This document shows positions 57,711-64,000 of a stretch of DNA of 64,000 nt, piece after piece; position 1 is the stretch's first letter, and each line of letters begins with the position of its first letter. The stretch is taken from NCBI GenBank assembly GCA_963666975.2, contig CAXVYR010000004.1, positions 1,440,001-1,504,000 of the forward strand, in the 5' to 3' direction. Both the position numbers and the translations under genes were made by a program. The notes under the pieces were generated by a model. The model was not told where the DNA came from, did no database searches, and was given only the letters and a program-made list of their open reading frames with translations. The stretch comes from Terriglobia bacterium (GTDB lineage: Bacteria > Acidobacteriota > Terriglobia > 2-12-FULL-54-10).

Positions 57711-58679
57711 ATGTCTTCAAAATTTCTCGTGCTGATTGGATTCGTAGTCGGAGTCACTGTCGGTGTCGGTATCGGCGTAGCGATCACAACCACAGGGTCC
57801 TCGCCCAGCACTGAGCTGCGTGCGGCCTTCAACGACGAGTTCCTCAGTCGCAAGGATGGATACCCAGGCTTGACAGCGACCTACGGCTTGGAGTTCCAAT
57901 CAGCCCCACTCCCGATTCCGATGCTGGATCTCGGATCGAAGTACCAGAAATTGATCCGTGGTGAAATCGATGTGATCGAGGGCTTCACGACTGACGCTTC
58001 GATTCTCGAACTTAGCCTCGCGGTGTTGGAAGATGACAAGGCCCTGTTTCCACCTTACGAAGCGGCACCGTTGGTCCGGGCTGCAACGCTGAGCAAGTAT
58101 CCAGGCCTAGAAGCAATCCTGAATCAGCTCACCGGGGAAATCTCCGAAGGAACGATGCAGCATCTCAACCACGAAGTGGAGGTGAAAGGACGTAACGTTC
58201 AAGAGGTGGCACGGGATTTTCTGGAGACTCAAGGGCTGATTCCGCCAGGCGCAACGTCCGGCGACGGCACGACCGGCAGCATCATCATTGGAAGCAAGAA
58301 TTTCATCGAGCAGGAGATACTTGGTGAGATCATGGCCATCTTGATCGAGTACCAGACGGACATCCAGGTTGTTCGCCTGCTGAATCATGGGGGCACCATG
58401 ACCTGTTTTGGCGCGCTCGCGTCTGGCGCTATCGACCTCTATCCCGAGTATTCGGGAACCGGCTTGGTGCAAATCTTGGGCCGAGACGCGATTCGTGACC
58501 CTGATGAGACCTACGAGACGGTCCGCAGAGCATTCAGCCAAGAATACGATCTGGTATGGCTCGATCGTTTCGGCCTCAACAACACCTATACACTCCAAAT
58601 GCGGCGTGAGCGTGCTGAAGAACTTGGCATCCGGACGATCTCTGACCTGGCTAGCTATGTCAACAGCCACCAACAATAG
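57711..58679 (+). CDS. OsmF/OpuCC-like glycine betaine ABC substrate-binding protein, circularly permuted
   Basis: EFLSRKDG..LEDDK.LFPPYEAAP precedes IGSKNF.EQ..YPEYSGT..NNTY..TISDL. Confidence 0.8.
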   Translation: MSSKFLVLIGFVVGVTVGVGIGVAITTTGSSPSTELRAAFNDEFLSRKDGYPGLTATYGLEFQSAPLPIPMLDLGSKYQKLIRGEIDVIEGFTTDASILELSLAVLEDDKALFPPYEAAPLVRAATLSKYPGLEAILNQLTGEISEGTMQHLNHEVEVKGRNVQEVARDFLETQGLIPPGATSGDGTTGSIIIGSKNFIEQEILGEIMAILIEYQTDIQVVRLLNHGGTMTCFGALASGAIDLYPEYSGTGLVQILGRDAIRDPDETYETVRRAFSQEYDLVWLDRFGLNNTYTLQMRRERAEELGIRTISDLASYVNSHQQ

Positions 58680-58725
58680 GAACATCGCCGCCCCGGGCAG
58701 CTAAGCGTGCGGAGATTGGTGAAAG

Positions 58726-60918
58726 ATGGAAAGCGACGTATCGAAGCTTCAACGAGATCGACAGGGCCACATCTCGACCGGGGTTGTGTATCTGTTTATT
58801 CTGTGCTGCTACGGCGCACTCGGGCATCCGGAGCTGTGGGCACAAACCCAACTAGCGCAGCCTCCCGTGGAGGCGGGCCGGACCACCGATCCGCGTCAGG
58901 AGCAACTGCTTCAAGCACAGATCACGGTCACCGATCTCAGGTCCAGACTGGGTAAGCTCCGCGAACGTCGGCGAGCGCTGCAGTCGGAGTTCCAGCCTCC
59001 GGCGTGGACCAGCGGCTTGGATTTGGTTGGAGAGCAATGGTTTCAGGCGGAGCTTGAGGTTGCCCAGTCAGAGATGGCTGCCGTCGAGGCGTGGCTTAAG
59101 GCCAAAGAGATCGAGGTCGATGTTCTCCAGCAAATACAGGAACTCTACGAACTTTACGAATCCATGGTGGGATCCGAAGAGCGGATCAAACTGATCCAAC
59201 AATATAACGATACTATTCGTCTCGTTGCGGTGACTGAGGTAGTGGAAGACGGCCTGCTGAAGCTCATAGATACATGGGAGAGCGCTCAGCTTTCCTACAC
59301 TCGGCACCAGGAGGTGTTGGACCGAGCCATCGAGGATTCGAAGACGAGGGACGTGAACGAAGAGGTCCTGCAACGGTTTGCTGACAAGACGAATCAAGCC
59401 CGTCAAGAAATTGCGATCCTTCAACAGCATGCCGACACGGCCCCGCAGCAACTTGAGTACCTGCGGAACAGGCTGTTGCCTTTGGCGAACGAGCGTCGGA
59501 AGGTGGCCGAGGAGCGTCTGAAGAGGACCGAGCCCGAACCGTTCCAGCTTGCGGCGACTCAGTCTAGATGTGTCCTTCCGGGGGATGCCACCGTTGATGA
59601 GCTCACACGGGTGTGGGAATGCAAGGATGATGAGGCAAGGCTCGTTGCCAATGAAGCACATGTCTTGAGGGAAGAGGCTCTGATGGCTACGACGCTATTC
59701 TCTTCGATGCAGAATGACAAGGGACGATACGAATGGAATCTGGAGTTTGCGCGGACTGAGCTAGCGAGGCTCAAAAGGGAGCAGGCTGCGGACGATGTCA
59801 TCGCCGTTGCGGAGGCACGGATCGACTCCCTGCAGGGCACGGTGGACAGCGCGCAAGAGTCCCTTTCCAAGCTGAACGGGTGGGTGCAGGCGACCGAGCT
59901 TCGGGCGCGGGAGCAAGAGCTTCACACTGAATCCGCGCTCAGGGACGTTGCTGCCGTGAAGGCCCGGCTGGACAATGAAATAAGACGGATTCGCAACGCG
60001 AAGATTATTTCCTTCGCGATGGCCATCTTCATCGCTGCGATCACGATCGGTCTGGTCACTCTGGTCAGGCGTCTGGTGCGAACGAGGAAAGTCCTGAGCC
60101 TGCCCGACGCGGAGAAGCAAAGGCAGCGCTATGCCCCGTACGTGCTGATCCGCCGCGCGGCTGTCCCTGTCATTGTTTTCGTGGGAACTCTTCTCATCTT
60201 GATGCAGTTCGAGACGTTTCAGCGCATCGGCGTGACGATCCTCGCGTCGGCAGGTCTGGTCAGCCTCGTCGTTGGCCTCGCCGCCCGTGACGTGCTGGCC
60301 AACACCATGGCTGGCGTTACGCTCTGCTTCTCGCAGCCCATCCGGGTTGGTGACACAGTCATGATCGGGGACGAATACGGCACGATCGAGGATATTGGGC
60401 TGCTCCAGACGAGGTTACGCGCTTGGGACAACCGGCGCGTGGTCATCCCGAACGAAGTCTTGTCGAAGAAGGAAATTGTGAACTACACGCTCGGCGATCA
60501 GAAAATACGCGCAAAGGTACCCATTCACCTTGACTACGCCGCGGACGTCAAGAAGGAGCGATCGATTCTAATCGACGTGGTCAAGCAGAGCCGGAACTGG
60601 AACGGTCAAAAGGAACCGGATATCTGGTTTATGGAGCTGGGACAGCAGACCATCACGCTATGGGTCGCCGCATGGGCGGACGATCCGGACAAGGCATGGG
60701 GCCTTCGCTGCGACATCCTGGACAATGCGCTGGACAGGTTCAAGCAAGAAGGGATCCCCCTCCCGCGCACGCACTATCAATATGAAGACCCAAAGACTGT
60801 CTTCGAATCTGGGACGCATCCAGCATCTGGAACACAGGAACGTGACAAAGATTCCGAGGTAAGCAGGTTGCGTGAAATCGATGCGACCATCTTCCCCCGA
60901 AGAGGCCCAGCGAATTAA
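58726..60918 (+). CDS. MscS-family mechanosensitive channel with large periplasmic coiled coil
   Basis: GLAARD.LAN..AG, P.RVGD.V, IPNE.L. Confidence 0.88.
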   Translation: MESDVSKLQRDRQGHISTGVVYLFILCCYGALGHPELWAQTQLAQPPVEAGRTTDPRQEQLLQAQITVTDLRSRLGKLRERRRALQSEFQPPAWTSGLDLVGEQWFQAELEVAQSEMAAVEAWLKAKEIEVDVLQQIQELYELYESMVGSEERIKLIQQYNDTIRLVAVTEVVEDGLLKLIDTWESAQLSYTRHQEVLDRAIEDSKTRDVNEEVLQRFADKTNQARQEIAILQQHADTAPQQLEYLRNRLLPLANERRKVAEERLKRTEPEPFQLAATQSRCVLPGDATVDELTRVWECKDDEARLVANEAHVLREEALMATTLFSSMQNDKGRYEWNLEFARTELARLKREQAADDVIAVAEARIDSLQGTVDSAQESLSKLNGWVQATELRAREQELHTESALRDVAAVKARLDNEIRRIRNAKIISFAMAIFIAAITIGLVTLVRRLVRTRKVLSLPDAEKQRQRYAPYVLIRRAAVPVIVFVGTLLILMQFETFQRIGVTILASAGLVSLVVGLAARDVLANTMAGVTLCFSQPIRVGDTVMIGDEYGTIEDIGLLQTRLRAWDNRRVVIPNEVLSKKEIVNYTLGDQKIRAKVPIHLDYAADVKKERSILIDVVKQSRNWNGQKEPDIWFMELGQQTITLWVAAWADDPDKAWGLRCDILDNALDRFKQEGIPLPRTHYQYEDPKTVFESGTHPASGTQERDKDSEVSRLREIDATIFPRRGPAN

Positions 60919-61024
60919 GCTTGGATGGTGGAAAGCCTTCTGGTGGGCATTGTCATTGAAGAGTTTTAGCAGGATTGATGATCAGGTAGGAATTCCCGTA
61001 TTACATTTCGTGCTGCGAGGTGAA

Positions 61025-62092
61025 ATGTTACGCTTAAGAACTTTTATTTCTCTACTAACTTTGGGCTTATTTCTTATAAGTCCGCTTCCGGCCCAGACCC
61101 AGGAAGTTGCTTCCGAAGCCAAGGCTCTTCCTATCTCGTCTGAAACGCTTCAACAAACGCTCTTAGAAACGCTACAAATATTTCGCAGTCTTAAAAGTGG
61201 AAAGGTATATATATCCGGTTCTGAGAAGGTTGATCCCGACTGGTTCGGCATTGCCATCGCAACCTTCGATGGTCAGATCTTCACCGTTGGGGATGCGGAT
61301 AGGGCTTTCCCCATTCAGTCTATCTCTAAACTGTTCGTTTATGGATTAGCCTTGGAGGATCACGGACTGAAGATCATGCTCGAGAAGGTGGGCGTCAATG
61401 CCACCGGCCTACCCTATAACTCGATCATTGCGTCCGACGTTCGGGCGCCTTCAAAGGGAAATCCCAAGGCACTGCAAAACCCTATGGTCAGCGCCGGAGC
61501 GATTGCCACGGCAAGCCTTATAAAGGGCGCCACAGAACAAGAGCAATGGGAGCGGGTACTCAGCATGTATGCTCGCTATGCCGGCAGGGAATTGATGTTG
61601 AATGAGCAGGTCTACCAAGCGGAGATGAAAAATGCCGCCATGACCCGGGCACTGGCAGAGCTTTTGAGCGCATATAATCTGCTGTATTCCGGCGTCGACG
61701 TAACTGTCGATCGATACCTCAAGGGGACCTCTGTAAACATCACGGCAAAGGATCTGGCGATCATGGGGGCTACCCTTGCCAATGGGGGGATCAATCCTCT
61801 GACGAATGAGCGCGCCGTTGAAGAGAAATATGTACAAAATATTCTCTCCGTAATGGTAACGGCCGGTCTCTATGATGATTCCGGGAAATGGCTGTTTGAA
61901 GTCGGTCTACCGGCGAAAAGCGGTGTAGGTGGCGGCATTGTGGCGGTCGTCCCCGGACGATTTGCCATCGCAGTTTACTCTCCCCCCTTGGACTTGCGCG
62001 GCAACAGCGTCCGCGGGGTCAGGGTCGTGGAAGAATTATCGAGGCGATGGAATTTACACATATTAGCCCCGCAACAAGAAATATCACGATAA
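61025..62092 (+). CDS. glsA: Glutaminase A with signal peptide
   Basis: IQSISK, NPMV.AGAI, GLYD.SG, GLPAKSGVGGG, SPPLD..GNSVRG. Confidence 0.9.
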   Translation: MLRLRTFISLLTLGLFLISPLPAQTQEVASEAKALPISSETLQQTLLETLQIFRSLKSGKVYISGSEKVDPDWFGIAIATFDGQIFTVGDADRAFPIQSISKLFVYGLALEDHGLKIMLEKVGVNATGLPYNSIIASDVRAPSKGNPKALQNPMVSAGAIATASLIKGATEQEQWERVLSMYARYAGRELMLNEQVYQAEMKNAAMTRALAELLSAYNLLYSGVDVTVDRYLKGTSVNITAKDLAIMGATLANGGINPLTNERAVEEKYVQNILSVMVTAGLYDDSGKWLFEVGLPAKSGVGGGIVAVVPGRFAIAVYSPPLDLRGNSVRGVRVVEELSRRWNLHILAPQQEISR

Positions 62093-62202
62093 ACATTAGA
62101 ACGAATCACCAAACTTGCAATCCGGTTAGAATGAACCTTCGGAAGCCTGTCATCAGGCCCGAGTGCCAATCAGCTTCTGCACTAAGAGATTTAGAGCAAA
62201 CA

Positions 62203-62268
62203 ATGCTGGAATTGACCGGTGTCTCCAAGACCTACGACGGAACGCAAGCCTTGCAGCCCATAGACCTG
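62203..62268 (+). pseudogene. ABC ATPase N-terminal remnant
   Basis: MLELTGVSKTYDGTQALQPIDL, after which similarity stops. Confidence 0.5.
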
Positions 62269-62318
62269 CACGGCATTTTGTCAGACCGTAGCCGTTTCGG
62301 GAAGGAGAAGTACGAAGC

Positions 62319-63860
62319 ATGTGCGGTATCACCGGCATCTGGGGCGACTGTGACGAAGAGATAGTCCGCGAGATGATGCGCCGGCTGGCTCATCGGGGTC
62401 CAGATGCGCAAGGGATGCTTCTGCAACCGGAGAGCCCGGGTGCCCTGGGGCACCTGCGGCTGGCCATCATGGACCCGGCCGGAGGCGATCAGCCGATCCG
62501 GACCGAGGAGGGCGCACGGGCAATCGTAGCCAACGGGGAGATCTACAACTTCCCCGTGCTACGCTCTAGCCTAGAAAGCCGGCATACGTTCCTGACCAAT
62601 AGTGACAGCGAGGCGGCTCTTCACCTATACGAGGAACAGGGCTCGGAGTGCGCTCGCTACCTGGACGGGATGTTTGCCCTCGCCATTGCTGACGGGGAGA
62701 ACCTCTTCGTCGCGCGGGATCCGATCGGCATCAAGCCCCTCTACTTGGGTCGGAGGAAGGATTCCCTGCTCTTCGCCTCCGAGATCAAAGCCCTCATCGG
62801 GCTTTGCGATGATGTCACCGAATTCCCGCCCGGCTCGTGGTTCCACTCGCAGACTGGGATCCGGTCCTACTACGAGGTGCCCAACCAGGAGCCAACGTCC
62901 AGGACGGTGGCGGAGTACATCACCGGCATTCGCGAGACGCTTGAGCAGGCGGTGACGAAACGCCTCATGAGCGATGTCCCGGTGGGCGTCTTCCTCTCTG
63001 GAGGCCTCGATAGCAGCATCATCGCGGCGCTGGTCCGACCGCATGTCAATGAACTCCACACCTTCTCAGTGGGGATCGAAGGTAGTCGCGATCTGGAGGC
63101 TGCCCGCTTGGTGGCGCGGCACCTCGACACCGTGCATCACGAATATCTCCTGGTTCCTTCGGAGGTTGTTCAGAAGCTGCCCGAGATCATCTACCACCTG
63201 GAATCATTCGACCAAGATCTCGTGCGGAGCGCCATCCCCTGCTACTTCACCGCGCGTCTGGCAGCCGAGGAGGTGAAGGTCATCCTCACCGGCGAAGGGG
63301 CTGACGAACTCTTCGCCGGATATCGTTACTACCTCCGGTACAAGGACCTGCCCCTCCTTCACCGCGAGATGCGCAGGTCAGTTCAGTCCCTGCACAACAT
63401 CAATCTCCAACGCGTTGATCGCATGACGATGGCCCACTCGATCGAGGGACGCGTCCCGTTCCTCGACTTGGAGATGATTGATCTCGCTCAGTCGATCCCA
63501 CCAGAACTCAAGCTCCAGAGGGATGGTGTTACAAGACCCGTTGAGAAGTGGGTGCTGCGTCAGGCATGCGAGGATATCCTGCCCCCACAGATCGTCTGGC
63601 GGCATAAGGAGCAGTTCGACGAGGGCAGTGGCACCGTGGACTTGCTAGCCGAGGCCATCATGGGACTCATGCCGGCAGCGGAGGCTAGGCAATACTCCAC
63701 GTGTCATCCGGAGGCGCAACTGCGATCGCCGGAAGAGTGTCTCTATCACAAGCTCCTTTGCGATGCCTACTCGGATCCCGCTCCGGTTCTGAATAACGTC
63801 GCTCGCTGGGAGGAATCGCTTCAAAAAGGATTTCCCCCTTTTCCCGGATTTCTTTTATGA
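62319..63860 (+). CDS. asnB: Asparagine synthetase B (glutamine-hydrolysing) family
   Basis: MCGI, HRGPD, NGEIYN, LSGGLDSS, TGEGADELF, RVPFLD. Confidence 0.92.
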   Translation: MCGITGIWGDCDEEIVREMMRRLAHRGPDAQGMLLQPESPGALGHLRLAIMDPAGGDQPIRTEEGARAIVANGEIYNFPVLRSSLESRHTFLTNSDSEAALHLYEEQGSECARYLDGMFALAIADGENLFVARDPIGIKPLYLGRRKDSLLFASEIKALIGLCDDVTEFPPGSWFHSQTGIRSYYEVPNQEPTSRTVAEYITGIRETLEQAVTKRLMSDVPVGVFLSGGLDSSIIAALVRPHVNELHTFSVGIEGSRDLEAARLVARHLDTVHHEYLLVPSEVVQKLPEIIYHLESFDQDLVRSAIPCYFTARLAAEEVKVILTGEGADELFAGYRYYLRYKDLPLLHREMRRSVQSLHNINLQRVDRMTMAHSIEGRVPFLDLEMIDLAQSIPPELKLQRDGVTRPVEKWVLRQACEDILPPQIVWRHKEQFDEGSGTVDLLAEAIMGLMPAAEARQYSTCHPEAQLRSPEECLYHKLLCDAYSDPAPVLNNVARWEESLQKGFPPFPGFLL

Positions 63861-64000
63861 ACGCTCAGCGGCAACCTTCTGCTAACCTCCAACGTTAATA
63901 TTGATGGGGGTTTCAGGATTGACATTGGCTTCAGGAGGGCTCGACTGAAGGCAACCGGGTGTATACTCGCAACCGCCGGAAGGGCCAAAAAACTAATTCC

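Overview
GC-rich bacterial chromosome segment. Oar-type TonB receptor, Tes-like radical SAM and REP types suggest Acidobacteria (inference). 1-26 kb is mostly core and metabolic genes: rseP, ispG, a hydrolase cluster, an FHA-GAF-PP2C phosphatase, an FdhF/YdeP oxidoreductase, a MerR-arsM operon, def/fmt split by a REP-flanked RAYT, rmuC, aroC and a tetraether synthase (Tes/GDGT-MAS) homolog. About 26.2-55.5 kb looks like a decaying island ending at tRNA-Pro(CGG). It carries three near-identical IS256 copies, IS630, IS3 and ISL3-like pieces, a truncated thrombospondin-C surface protein, an operon of OM barrel, CHASE2 adenylate cyclase, giant FecR protein and NTF2-like protein, a Fic protein and an IS-disrupted TonB receptor. 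56-64 kb holds an osmotic/amide cluster: circularly permuted OsmF-like binding protein, large MscS, exported glutaminase and AsnB. Several 1-bp homopolymer frameshifts look like long-read errors. All calls are from motif recognition by eye; no searches were run.
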